A stretch of DNA of 64,000 nt from an uncultured Bacilli bacterium (GTDB lineage: Bacteria; Bacillota_I; Bacilli_A; RF39; UBA660), in the NCBI GenBank assembly GCA_934149325.1, contig CAKPEJ010000003.1, positions 11,142 through 75,141 on the forward strand, read 5' to 3'. A program made the translations under genes and the position numbers. This document shows positions 21,223-30,585 of the stretch, piece by piece. A model generated the notes under the pieces. That model ran no database searches. It was not told the DNA's origin and saw only the letters and a program-made list of their open reading frames with translations. The stretch's first letter is position 1. Each line of letters opens with the position of its first letter.

Positions 21223-22635
21223 ATGCAAAAGACAAAAATGATTTGTGGAATAGGACCAGCAACACAAGACTGGGAAGTATTTAAAAAATTAGTAGAAAAT
21301 GGAATGAATGTTGTTCGTGTTAATTTTTCTCATGCTACTGATGAAGAAAGAAGAATTGATGAAGAATTAGCAATAAGAGCAAGAAAAGAATTAGGTAAGA
21401 ATGTAGCAATTTTATTTGATACAAAAGGACCAGATTTAAGAACTTGTGAATTTGAAAACAATGAAATTGAATTTGTTGAAGGAAATACTATTAGAATTGT
21501 TAGAGAATCAGTTATAGGTAACAAGGAAAGAATTAGTTTTAATTTTCCTCAAGTAATTGATAATTTAAAAGTTGGAACAATGATATTATTAAATGATGGA
21601 TTTGTAAGACTTGAAGTTATTTCAGTTGAAGAAGATGGAGTTACTTGTAAAATATTAGATAGTGCAAATTTAATAAGTAGACGTGGAACTAATATTCCAG
21701 GTGTAGACTTAAATATACCATTTATATCAGAAGCAGATGAAGCTGATATTAAATATGCTTGTGAACATGATGGAGATTATCTTGGAATATCATTTGTTTC
21801 AAGTGCTGATGATGTAAGAGCAGCTAGAAAATTACTTGAAAAATATGGTAAACCAGATATGCAAATTTTATCTAAAATTGAAACTGCAAAAGCAATTGAA
21901 AATATAGATGAAATTATAGATGAAACAGATGGTATTATAGTAGCTAGAGGTGACTTAAGTGTTGAAGTACCATTTATAGAAGTACCAGTTTTACAAAAAG
22001 AAATTTTAAGAAAATGTCGTGAAAAAGGAAAAATTTGTATTGTAGCTACTGAAATGCTTAAGAGTATGTGTAAAAATTCAAGACCTACAAAGGCTGAATT
22101 AACAGATGTTTCAACAGCTGTATTTGATGGAGCAGATGCTGTATGGTTAAGTGATGAAACTACAATTGGTGCTCATCCAGATTTAGCTTCTCAATATTTA
22201 GGAGAAATTTGTGGAGTTGCAGAAAAACATTATAATGAATATGCTACAAGATATAATGTGGAAACTACACATGATGTACACGATATAATTGCTCAAGGTG
22301 TTACAAAAGCAGCTGATGATTTAGATGTTAAATTAATAGTTGCATCTACAATGAGTGGATTTACAGCACAAAAAATTAGTAATTTAAAACCAGATGCATT
22401 TATTTTAGCACCAGTACCAAATGAAAAAATCGCAAGAAGATTAGTTCTTAATTGGGGAGTATATCCAGTTGTTGTTCCTGAGTATACATCTACTGATGAA
22501 GTAGTTTCAATTGGTCTTGAAAAAGCAAAAGAATTTATGGATTTAAAACAAGGAGATAAAGTAATTATAACTGGAGGTTTCCCTAATACAGGAGACAAAG
22601 TTACAAACTTTATGAAAATAGAAGAAATAAAATAA
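21223..22635 (+). CDS. pyk: Pyruvate kinase
   Basis: MQKTKMICGIGPA, NFSHA, TKGPDLR, MVARGDLSVE. RBS AGAGGAG. Confidence 0.9.
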   Translation: MQKTKMICGIGPATQDWEVFKKLVENGMNVVRVNFSHATDEERRIDEELAIRARKELGKNVAILFDTKGPDLRTCEFENNEIEFVEGNTIRIVRESVIGNKERISFNFPQVIDNLKVGTMILLNDGFVRLEVISVEEDGVTCKILDSANLISRRGTNIPGVDLNIPFISEADEADIKYACEHDGDYLGISFVSSADDVRAARKLLEKYGKPDMQILSKIETAKAIENIDEIIDETDGIIVARGDLSVEVPFIEVPVLQKEILRKCREKGKICIVATEMLKSMCKNSRPTKAELTDVSTAVFDGADAVWLSDETTIGAHPDLASQYLGEICGVAEKHYNEYATRYNVETTHDVHDIIAQGVTKAADDLDVKLIVASTMSGFTAQKISNLKPDAFILAPVPNEKIARRLVLNWGVYPVVVPEYTSTDEVVSIGLEKAKEFMDLKQGDKVIITGGFPNTGDKVTNFMKIEEIK

Positions 22636-22737
22636 TATTTTAATAGGCACTTTAAAAAGTGTCTATTTTTTCTTGACTTAAGATATATAAGTGGTATAAT
22701 TGTTTTTGTTAGTTACCTAACAAAATAGAGGGATGTT

Positions 22738-23175
22738 ATGAAAAAGTTAATAGGGTATGAAATAAAAAACTTAAATAATATGATAGAAAGAAAAATAATA
22801 AATGTTCATAAGCCATTAAAAAGTGAATGTATTATAACACCAATACAGGTAAAAATAATAGAATATATTATGGAGAATAATAGTAATACAGTCTATCAAA
22901 GGGATGTAGAAAAATATTTAAATTTAAGAAGATCTACTATTTCTGGTATTTTGCAAACAATGGAGAAGAACAATATTATTATAAGAGTTAATTCAAAGGT
23001 TGATGCAAGAAGTAAAGAGATAAAATTAACTGATAGATGCTTATCAAAGGTTAATTTTTTAAAGGGAAAAACAATTGATTTTGAAAATAAAATTAAGTGT
23101 GGTATTTCAAATGAAGAATTAGATGTCTTTTTTTCTGTTATAGATAAGATAAAAAATAATGTTGAAAAATTATAG
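22738..23175 (+). CDS. MarR-family transcriptional regulator
   Basis: 145 aa with a winged-HTH pattern (ITPIQVKIIEYI...RDVEKYLNLRRSTISGILQTMEKNNII); TTGACT-N16-TATAAT promoter upstream. Confidence 0.7.
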   Translation: MKKLIGYEIKNLNNMIERKIINVHKPLKSECIITPIQVKIIEYIMENNSNTVYQRDVEKYLNLRRSTISGILQTMEKNNIIIRVNSKVDARSKEIKLTDRCLSKVNFLKGKTIDFENKIKCGISNEELDVFFSVIDKIKNNVEKL

Positions 23176-23202
23176 GTAACTATGTAATGAAAGGATGATA
23201 AT

Positions 23203-24966
23203 ATGTTAAAGTTATTTAAAAATTTTAATAAAAAAGATTATGGTGTAATATTATTATCTTTAATTTTAATTGTTATTCAAGTTTGGTTAGAATTAAAGAT
23301 GCCAGATTATATGTCTGAGATAACTGTTTTAGTTCAAACTGAAGGAAGTAAAATGAAGGATATATTGATGAATGGTGGATATATGCTTTTATGTGCTTTT
23401 GGAAGTTTAATTTCATCAGTTTTTGTTGGATATTTAGCTGCAAAACTTTCTTCTGTTTTTTCTATGAAAACAAGAAAAAAATTATTTAACAAAGTTGAAG
23501 ATTTAAGTACAAGTGAAGTTAAGAATTTTTCATGTAGTAGTTTAATTACTAGGACTACAAATGATATAACACAAATAGAAATGCTTATAGCTATGGGACT
23601 TCAATTAATGATTAAGGCCCCAATAACAGCAGTTTGGGCAGTTTCTAAAATAGTTAATAAAAATTTCGAATGGAGTGTTATTACAGGAGTTGCAGTACTA
23701 ATATTATTAACAGTAATAGGAATATTAACTTTAATAGTTATACCTAAGTTTAAAGTTGTTCAAAAACTTACTGATAAATTAAATAGTGTTACTAGAGAAA
23801 ATTTAACAGGTATAAGAGTGGTTAGAGCTTTTAATGCAGAAAAATATCAAGAAGATAAGTTTGAAGATGTAAATAACAAACTTACAAATCAACAACTATT
23901 TAACCAAAGAACATTTTCTATAATGTCACCAACAATGTATTTAGTTATGAATTTTTTAACACTATCTATTTATTTTGTAGGTGCTTATTTAATAAAAGAT
24001 TCTTTATTAGTTGATAAGTTATCTTTATTTGGAGATATGGTTGTATTTTCATCTTATGCAATGCAAGTTATAATGTCATTTTTAATGCTTGCGATGATAT
24101 TTATGATGCTTCCAAGGGCATCAGTTTCAGCAAAACGTATTAATGAAGTATTAGATACAGATATAAGTGTAAAAGATGGCACTTTAGATAATCCTAAAAC
24201 TGATGAAGTTGGAACTGTTGAATTTAAAAATGTATCATTTAAATATCCAGATGCTGAAGAATATTTAATAAATAATATTTCATTTAAAGCAGAAAAGGGA
24301 GAGGTAGTTGCATTTATTGGATCAACTGGTTCGGGAAAATCAACTTTAATAAATTTAATCCCAAGATTTTATGATGCGACTGATGGTGAGATATTAGTTG
24401 ATGGAATAAATGTAAAGGATTATAAATTTGAAAGTTTATATAACAAATTAGGTTGTGTTCCACAAAAGGCCGTTATGTTTGATGGAACTGTTAATTATAA
24501 TGTTTCTTATGGCGATAATGGTAAAGGTAAAAAAAGTGAAAAGACAATAAAAGAGGCAATAGAAGTTGCTCAAGGAACAGAATTTGTTCTTAAAATGGAT
24601 AATAAATATAGTTCACATATTTCACAAGGTGGAAGTAATATATCAGGTGGACAAAAACAAAGACTTGCAATCGCAAGAGCAATTGCGCGTAATCCAGAAA
24701 TATATATATTTGATGATTCTTTTTCTGCTCTTGACTACAAGACTGATTCAGTATTAAGAAAAGAATTAAAAAAATATACAAAGAATGCTACTACATTGAT
24801 TGTAGCGCAAAGAATAGGTACTATAATGAATGCAGATAAGATTATTGTACTTGATAATGGTGAGTGTGTTGGAATGGGAACACATAAAGAATTACTTAAA
24901 AATTGTGAAGTTTATAAGCAAATAGCTTTATCACAATTGTCAAAGGAGGAACTTGAAAATGAATAG
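23203..24966 (+). CDS. ABC exporter, fused permease-ATPase (half of a heterodimeric multidrug-type exporter)
   Basis: Six TM segments plus Walker A GSTGSGKST, signature LSGGQKQR and Walker B IYIFDDSFSALD. Confidence 0.85.
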   Translation: MLKLFKNFNKKDYGVILLSLILIVIQVWLELKMPDYMSEITVLVQTEGSKMKDILMNGGYMLLCAFGSLISSVFVGYLAAKLSSVFSMKTRKKLFNKVEDLSTSEVKNFSCSSLITRTTNDITQIEMLIAMGLQLMIKAPITAVWAVSKIVNKNFEWSVITGVAVLILLTVIGILTLIVIPKFKVVQKLTDKLNSVTRENLTGIRVVRAFNAEKYQEDKFEDVNNKLTNQQLFNQRTFSIMSPTMYLVMNFLTLSIYFVGAYLIKDSLLVDKLSLFGDMVVFSSYAMQVIMSFLMLAMIFMMLPRASVSAKRINEVLDTDISVKDGTLDNPKTDEVGTVEFKNVSFKYPDAEEYLINNISFKAEKGEVVAFIGSTGSGKSTLINLIPRFYDATDGEILVDGINVKDYKFESLYNKLGCVPQKAVMFDGTVNYNVSYGDNGKGKKSEKTIKEAIEVAQGTEFVLKMDNKYSSHISQGGSNISGGQKQRLAIARAIARNPEIYIFDDSFSALDYKTDSVLRKELKKYTKNATTLIVAQRIGTIMNADKIIVLDNGECVGMGTHKELLKNCEVYKQIALSQLSKEELENE

Positions 24967-27280
24967 AAAAGAAAATACTCCTAAAAAAATGAATCATGGA
25001 CCAAATATACAGATAGAAAAAGCAAAAGATTTTAAAGGTTCTATAAAAAGATTATTTAATGAACTTGATGGATTCAAATCTTTAATATTAGTTGCATTTA
25101 TTTTAGCTTGTGCTGGAAGTATTTTATCAATATTAGCGCCAGATAAATTATCAAGTTTAACAAATGAAATAAGTAAAGGACTTGTAATAGATACAAAGAA
25201 TTTTAAATTAATAACTAAAAATGTTACAAATAGCCTAACTGAAGAAAATTTAGGAAAGGTTATGCCATATATTATAAATATAGATGAAAATTCTGTGTTA
25301 AAAGTTATGACTTCCACTGATATATCAGATTCTGATAAAGAAAAGTTTAAAAATATATTGTCTGATAAAGATAATATGCAAAAAAATATTTCAAATTTAT
25401 CTGATGATGTATTAAATGTATTATTAGAAGATTCTAAATATAATGATATAACTATAACAAAGAGCGATAAAAAAGAATTTTTAAAGAATATTAATAATAA
25501 AGAAAATATTTCTTTTCCAAATTCTATAGCAAAGATAATATTTAAACCTTTTAAAGTTGATAATGAAACTATATCAGAGTTAGATCAAGAAAAATTTTTA
25601 AGTATATCAAGTAAGATGGATAAAAAGTCTTCATCAAAAGAGTTATATTCATCAATTGATAAAATGCATAAAAGTATAAAAAAAGTAGTAGAACCAACAA
25701 TGAATATGAAAAAAATAAAGAAGATAGGTATATTACTTTCATCATTTTATATTCTTAGTGCAATATTTACATTTGTTCAATCTTTAATAATGGCAACAGT
25801 TTCAAATAAATTTGCTAAAAAGTTAAGAAGCAATATATCAAATAAGATAAATAAGATGCCACTTAAATATTTTGATAAACATCAATCAGGAGATATATTA
25901 TCGAGAGTTACAAATGATGTTGATACAATTGCTCAAACAATGAATCAATCATTAGGAACATTAGTAAGTTCTATAACATTATTTTTAGGTACAATTATTA
26001 TGATGTTTTATACAAATTATATAATGGCTATAACAGCAATTGTATCAAGTTTATTAGGATTTATGTTTATGTTTTCTGTACTTGCAAAAAGTCAAAAATA
26101 CTTTACCATGAAACAAACTGAACTTGGTAATTTAAATGGTCATATTGAAGAAGTTTATTCTGGACTTAATGTTGTAAAAGTTTATAATGGGAAAAAAGAA
26201 TCTAATGAAAAATTTGATAAATATAATAAAAGAGTATATGAAGCAAATAGAAAAAGTCAATTTTTATCAGGTTTAATGATGCCTATGATGGGATTTATTG
26301 GTAATTTTAGTTATGTTATGGTATGTCTAGTAGGTGCTCTTCTTACAATGAATGATGTTATAAGTTTTGGTGTAATAGTAGCATTTATAGTTTATGTAAG
26401 ATTATTTACATCACCACTTTCTCAAATTGCGCAAGCTATGAATTCTCTTCAATCAACTGCAGCAGCATCTGAAAGAGTATTTGAATTTGTTGATGAAGAA
26501 GAAATGAGTAATGAGAAAAAAATAAAAAAATATTTAAATAAAGATAAAGTAAAAGGTAAAATTGAATTTGATCATGTTATGTTTAAATATGATGGAAACG
26601 AAAATCCTACAATAAAAGATTTTAATGCAAAAATAAAACCTGGACAAAAAGTTGCTATAGTAGGTCCAACTGGTGCTGGTAAGACTACAATGGTTAATTT
26701 ACTTATGAAGTTTTATGAAATAAATTCTGGAGATATAAGAATTGATGATGTTTCTACTAAAGAATTATCAAGGAAAAATATTCACGAATTATTTACAATG
26801 GTACTTCAAGATACTTGGTTATTTGAAGGAACAATAAAAGAAAATATTATATATAATAGAAAGAATGTAACTGACGAGAAAGTAAAAGAAGTATGCAAAA
26901 TAGTAGGACTTGATCATTTTATTAGAACTATGCCAAAAGGATATAATTCTTTTGTATCTGATAATGACAGTGTTTCAGCAGGACAAAGACAATTACTAAC
27001 AATCGCAAGAAGTATGATTAATGATTCACCATTTTTAATACTTGATGAAGCAACAAGTAATGTTGACACAAGAACAGAAGAACTTGTTCAAAAGGCAATG
27101 GATAAATTAACAGAAGGAAAAACTTCATTTATAATTGCTCATAGACTTTCAACTATAAAAAATGCTGATTTAATTCTTGTTATGAAAGATGGAAATATAA
27201 TAGAACAAGGATCACATAATGAGTTAATGAAAAAGAAAGGTTTTTATTCTGAATTATATAATTCGCAATTTGAAAAATAA
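24959..27280 (+). CDS. ABC exporter, fused permease-ATPase with ~190-aa extracytoplasmic insert between TM1 and TM2
   Basis: Walker A GPTGAGKTT, signature VSAGQRQL and Walker B ILDEATSNVD. A long hydrophilic insert sits after TM1. Confidence 0.85.
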   Translation: MNRKENTPKKMNHGPNIQIEKAKDFKGSIKRLFNELDGFKSLILVAFILACAGSILSILAPDKLSSLTNEISKGLVIDTKNFKLITKNVTNSLTEENLGKVMPYIINIDENSVLKVMTSTDISDSDKEKFKNILSDKDNMQKNISNLSDDVLNVLLEDSKYNDITITKSDKKEFLKNINNKENISFPNSIAKIIFKPFKVDNETISELDQEKFLSISSKMDKKSSSKELYSSIDKMHKSIKKVVEPTMNMKKIKKIGILLSSFYILSAIFTFVQSLIMATVSNKFAKKLRSNISNKINKMPLKYFDKHQSGDILSRVTNDVDTIAQTMNQSLGTLVSSITLFLGTIIMMFYTNYIMAITAIVSSLLGFMFMFSVLAKSQKYFTMKQTELGNLNGHIEEVYSGLNVVKVYNGKKESNEKFDKYNKRVYEANRKSQFLSGLMMPMMGFIGNFSYVMVCLVGALLTMNDVISFGVIVAFIVYVRLFTSPLSQIAQAMNSLQSTAAASERVFEFVDEEEMSNEKKIKKYLNKDKVKGKIEFDHVMFKYDGNENPTIKDFNAKIKPGQKVAIVGPTGAGKTTMVNLLMKFYEINSGDIRIDDVSTKELSRKNIHELFTMVLQDTWLFEGTIKENIIYNRKNVTDEKVKEVCKIVGLDHFIRTMPKGYNSFVSDNDSVSAGQRQLLTIARSMINDSPFLILDEATSNVDTRTEELVQKAMDKLTEGKTSFIIAHRLSTIKNADLILVMKDGNIIEQGSHNELMKKKGFYSELYNSQFEK

Positions 27281-27282
27281 TG

Positions 27283-27312
27283 AATATGCAAATGCATATT
27301 CTTTTTTTTATT
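27283..27312 (+). terminator. Rho-independent terminator after the ABC operon
   Basis: gaatatgcaaatgcatattc stem followed by a T-run. Confidence 0.6.
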
Positions 27313-27340
27313 TAATATATTGTATAAGAAAGGAAATTTT

Positions 27341-27481
27341 ATGGACAAGTATAATTATGAATACAGTATATTAAAATATAGATTATTACTTAATAAAAGA
27401 TTATATGAAGAGAAGGTTATTGATATAGAAACTTATCAAAAAATGGAAGATTATTTAATAAAAAAATTAAATAGAGGGTGA
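27341..27481 (+). CDS. Small ORF (46 aa) immediately upstream of and overlapping the recombinase gene
   Basis: MDKYNYEYSILKYRLLLNKRLYEEKVIDIETYQKMEDYLIKKLNRG; RBS AAGGAAA. Not in the supplied ORF track because it is under 60 aa. Confidence 0.3.
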   Translation: MDKYNYEYSILKYRLLLNKRLYEEKVIDIETYQKMEDYLIKKLNRG

Positions 27482-29043
27482 TACTTATTAATATTGTAAA
27501 AATAAGAAATGAAATAAAAAATGGTAAAAATTTATGTGATATGAATTTAAGAGTTGTGTATTATGCAAGGGTATCAACAGACAAAGATGAACAAATAAAT
27601 TCTTTGGAAAATCAGAAAAATTACTTTGAAGAATTAATTAATGAAGAAAAAAACTGGATATTATCTGGTTCATATATAGACGAAGGAATATCTGGTACTA
27701 GTGTAAAAAAAAGAGAAAGTTTTTTAAAAATGATAAGTGATGCAAAAAAAGGTAAGTTTGATATGATACTTACAAAAGAAGTATCTCGTTTTGCTCGTAA
27801 TACTATTGATTCAATTAAATATACTCAGTATTTACTTGAAAAAGGTGTTATAGTAAATTTTATAAATGATAACATTAATACAGTTTTTTCAGATTCAGAA
27901 TTTAGGTTAACACTAATGTCTAGTTTAGCGCAAGATGAGGTTAGAAAATTAAGTGAAAGAGTTAAATTTGGATTTAAGAGAAGTATAAAAGATGGAAGAG
28001 TATTAGGTGGAGGAAATATAACTGGATATGATAAAAGAAATGGAAAATTGTATATAAATGAAAAAGAAGCAAAAATGATAAGGATGTTATTTGATTTATA
28101 TGTATCAAATGGATATGGGTTTAAGAAAATATCTAAAATATTATTTAGTCATGGTTATAAAAATACTAAAGGAGAAATGTATTCAGAAAGAGTTCTTTCA
28201 AGAATGATTACAAACCCAAAATATAAAGGATACTATTGCGCAAATAAAAGCTATATTGAAAATTATAGAACTCATAAAAAAATACTGAAACCTAAAAGTG
28301 AATGGATAATGTATAAGGATGAAAATATACCAGTTATAATAGATGAAAAAATATTTGATGAAGCAAATAGAATATATAATGAAAAAAGAAAAGTGAGTAA
28401 AAGAAATTTATATAATATTGAAAAAATATATGCAGGAAAATTAATATGCAATTGTCATAATAAAAATTTTTCTATTATTTCATCAGGTAATAGAAAAAAT
28501 AAGCCAGTATGGGTTTGTCAAGAATATATAAAAGACGGTGTGAAAGGTTGTTTAAGTCCAATACTAGAAGAAGAAAAATTAAATGATATATTTAAAAAAG
28601 TAATAAAAGAAAATTTCTTTTTAGATGATAAATTAACTCAAAACATATTAAACGATTATGTAAAAATAATAAATTTTGATAATAAAAAAGAAGAATTGAT
28701 AAAAGTAAAAAATAAAATAATTTTATCAAAAGAGAAAATATTAGAATTATTTATGGAAGATATAATAACAAAAGATGAGTATAAGATTAAAAATGATAGT
28801 TATAATAAAGAGTTAGAAAATATAAATGAAAAATTAAAAAGTATAGATAAATATGATAATAAGAATGATATAAAAAAATTAGAAAATAAAATTCAAAAGT
28901 TTTTGAATATAGATAATTCATATAAAGACTTATTTAAAATATTAGTAGATAAAGTTATAGTTGAAAAATGTGATGGGGATAGAAATAATATAAAGTTAAA
29001 TATTTATTTTAATTCAAATAAAATTATAGGCATAAAGTATTAA
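27478..29043 (+). CDS. Large serine recombinase (SpoIVCA/phiC31-integrase family)
   Basis: N-terminal resolvase catalytic domain with the serine motif (VVYYARVSTDKDEQ...SLENQ...GYIDEGISG...SRFARN), then recombinase and zinc-ribbon/coiled-coil domains (CNC...C). 521 aa. Possible true start at MNLRVVYYAR. Confidence 0.9.
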   Translation: MILINIVKIRNEIKNGKNLCDMNLRVVYYARVSTDKDEQINSLENQKNYFEELINEEKNWILSGSYIDEGISGTSVKKRESFLKMISDAKKGKFDMILTKEVSRFARNTIDSIKYTQYLLEKGVIVNFINDNINTVFSDSEFRLTLMSSLAQDEVRKLSERVKFGFKRSIKDGRVLGGGNITGYDKRNGKLYINEKEAKMIRMLFDLYVSNGYGFKKISKILFSHGYKNTKGEMYSERVLSRMITNPKYKGYYCANKSYIENYRTHKKILKPKSEWIMYKDENIPVIIDEKIFDEANRIYNEKRKVSKRNLYNIEKIYAGKLICNCHNKNFSIISSGNRKNKPVWVCQEYIKDGVKGCLSPILEEEKLNDIFKKVIKENFFLDDKLTQNILNDYVKIINFDNKKEELIKVKNKIILSKEKILELFMEDIITKDEYKIKNDSYNKELENINEKLKSIDKYDNKNDIKKLENKIQKFLNIDNSYKDLFKILVDKVIVEKCDGDRNNIKLNIYFNSNKIIGIKY

Positions 29044-29117
29044 ATTATGTCTTTTTTATTGATAAATATTTTTATAAATGATAAAATATTTACTCGTGAA
29101 TAGATGTAGGTGAAAAA

Positions 29118-29774
29118 ATGGAAAAAGTAGTAAAAAGTGATTTAAGTAATGTATATAAAGAAGTTAAAGATAGTTTATTTGAATGTAAAATAATGAATGA
29201 GAATATAAGAAATGCAAAATATCACCATAATGCTAAATTTTTTCAAGGTCCATCTATAATAAAATCAGGAATTTTATCATTAGATGAACAAAGAAAATTA
29301 GAAGGAAGAAAAATTACTGAAAGAGAAAAAAATATTTTAAGTGATGAATGTTATGTTAATGGTAGTGAATATATATCTATTTCTAGTGGTGATATTGATT
29401 ATGAATATATATCAGAAAAAGAATTTATATATAATTCTACTTTACCTAACTTTTTGGATATATTAATTTCAAATGATATATCAGCTATGAGAAATAGTAT
29501 TAATTATGCTAATGAATATTTAGTTTATAAGAGAATATCTCCTAAAAAAATAGAGTCAATAGATACGAGAATTTTAGCCTTGTCAAATCTTTCTACTATG
29601 AATGAAGAAGAAAAAATTAATGAAATAATTAAGAATTTTAATTATATAAGATTAATTTCAAAAGAAATATTAAAACGCAATAGGGAAATTTTATTACGTG
29701 AAGTTAGTGATGATGAAATAAATTTAGATGTAGAAAAGTTAACTAAAATGCCTAAATTAATATTAGAAAAATAA
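29118..29774 (+). CDS. Hypothetical protein adjacent to attR (candidate accessory/directionality factor)
   Basis: 218 aa, no recognisable motifs. The stop codon abuts the attR P arm. Confidence 0.3.
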   Translation: MEKVVKSDLSNVYKEVKDSLFECKIMNENIRNAKYHHNAKFFQGPSIIKSGILSLDEQRKLEGRKITEREKNILSDECYVNGSEYISISSGDIDYEYISEKEFIYNSTLPNFLDILISNDISAMRNSINYANEYLVYKRISPKKIESIDTRILALSNLSTMNEEEKINEIIKNFNYIRLISKEILKRNREILLREVSDDEINLDVEKLTKMPKLILEK

Positions 29775-29815
29775 TATCAAATATAGGATACCTTTTGGCC
29801 AAGGAGTTAGTGTTA
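29770..29815 (+). other. Putative attR-type site of a large serine recombinase
   Basis: P arm ATCAAATATAGGATACC, core TTTTGG, then B' arm CCAAGGAGTT that continues the PBP reading frame (FGQGVSVTP). TTGGCCAA is an 8-bp palindrome. Confidence 0.6.
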
Positions 29816-30489
29816 CACCTATACAGCAAATAACAGCAGTTTCAGCAGCAATAAATGGTGGAAAGTTATATAAACCATATGTTGTAAAAAGTATGCTTGA
29901 GCCAGAAACAAATACTCCTATAAAAACAAATAAAAAGAAACTTGTTAGAAGGGTAATTAGTAAAGATACTAGTAAAAAAGTTGCAATGGCACTTGAAAGT
30001 GTTGTAACTAATGGAACTGGTAGAAATGCATTTATTGATGGATACAGGGTAGGTGGTAAAACAGGTACTGCACAAAAAGTAAAAGATGGAAAATATATGG
30101 CAGGAAATTATATTGTTTCTTTTATTGGCTTTCTTCCAGCAGATGATCCTAAAATAGTAGTATATGTTGCAATTGATAATCCTAAGGGAGTAGTTCAATA
30201 TGGTGGAACAGTTGCAGCACCAGTTGCAAGAGCAATATTAGAAGATTCAATAACAGCTTTAAATATAAAAAAGAGAAAAGATGCAAGTGAAAAAAATTAT
30301 CAATTTTGGGAGAAAAAATATGTAGAAGTACCAAATTTAATAGGTCAGAACTATGATAAGATAAAATTTAATTTAGGTAGTTTTGATGTTCAATATTCTG
30401 GAAGTGGAAATAATATTATATATCAATCACCTAAAGCAGGAGAAAGAGTACTTGAAGGAAGTAAAATTAGAATACTTCTTGGCAATTAA
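29782..30489 (+). pseudogene. Class B PBP, 3' segment (transpeptidase C-terminal part with KTG motif) of the split gene
   Basis: Frame is open from 29767 with no start codon. ...FGQGVSVTPIQQITAVSA...GYRVGGKTGTAQKV... continues exactly where the minus-strand 5' segment stops (…ATTAFG). Confidence 0.8.
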
Positions 30490-30585
30490 TTGTATAAATT
30501 TGTAAATTATAAAAAAGAGTTAATTATTTTTATAATAATTATGATATACTTATAAAAGTAAAAAATAAAAAAAGGAAGTGTAATA

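Noticed and set aside
18769-29790. The 13-bp direct repeat ATCAAATATAGGA at both junctions could be the target-site duplication of a simple insertion or excision element
   Set aside because: The PBP halves flanking the repeats are on opposite strands, so deleting the intervening DNA would not rebuild the gene. The repeats are better explained as the matching P-type half-sites of attL and attR. Those half-sites appear direct on the plus strand only because attL as a whole is inverted.
29866-30198. 110-aa minus-strand ORF
   Set aside because: It is antisense to the conserved PBP transpeptidase 3' segment and has no support.
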